Shown piece by piece: positions 63,957-64,000 of a DNA stretch of 64,000 nt. The number at the start of each line of letters is the position of its first letter. The first letter of the stretch is position 1. This stretch comes from Acidimicrobiia bacterium (GTDB taxonomy: Bacteria > Actinomycetota > Acidimicrobiia > Spongiisociales > ZC4RG35): positions 1,952,001 through 2,016,000 of the forward strand of contig OZ244034.1 of assembly GCA_965215185.1 (NCBI GenBank), read 5' to 3'. The notes beneath the pieces were generated by a model, which had not been told where the DNA came from, searched no databases, and worked only from the letters and a program-made list of their open reading frames with translations. The translations under genes and the position numbers were made by a program.

Positions 63957-64000
63957 GCCTCACAGGATACGGCGTTACGCTCACTGTTGCCATTCGAATT

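Overview
GC-rich accessory region, probably actinobacterial (the Acidimicrobiia-like assignment is an inference from gene content). It ends in a tRNA-Lys(TTT) gene on the - strand (63881-63956). Much of the window is a mosaic of truncated, frameshifted and duplicated genes: toxin-antitoxin and defence-type genes, four paralogous nucleotidyltransferase-HEPN-like genes, Fic/Doc, RES, a UvrD helicase, Dnd-like remnants, RtcB, and a catabolic operon with Mo-hydroxylases. Five structures stand out. (1) About 13 co-oriented ~90-bp sites with a TGGTGG-N8-CCACCA core that resembles the tRNA-Lys 3' end. A second end motif (TAAATCGCCAA) abuts two of them and the tRNA itself, and remnants of a tyrosine-recombinase-like gene and a DDE transposase are linked to these ends; I read this as a tRNA-anchored tandem accretion platform. 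(2) An intact-looking TnpB gene bounded by 27-bp inverted repeats, with a related MITE and a lone end copy nearby. (3) A 3.09-kb composite transposon built from two 60-bp MITEs that splits pncA with an 8-bp target-site duplication. (4) An AhpD/CMD-like selenoprotein (CxxU plus SECIS-like hairpin). (5) A duplicated P-loop kinase + Dbr1-like phosphoesterase pair. All family calls come from motifs recognised by eye; no database searches were run.
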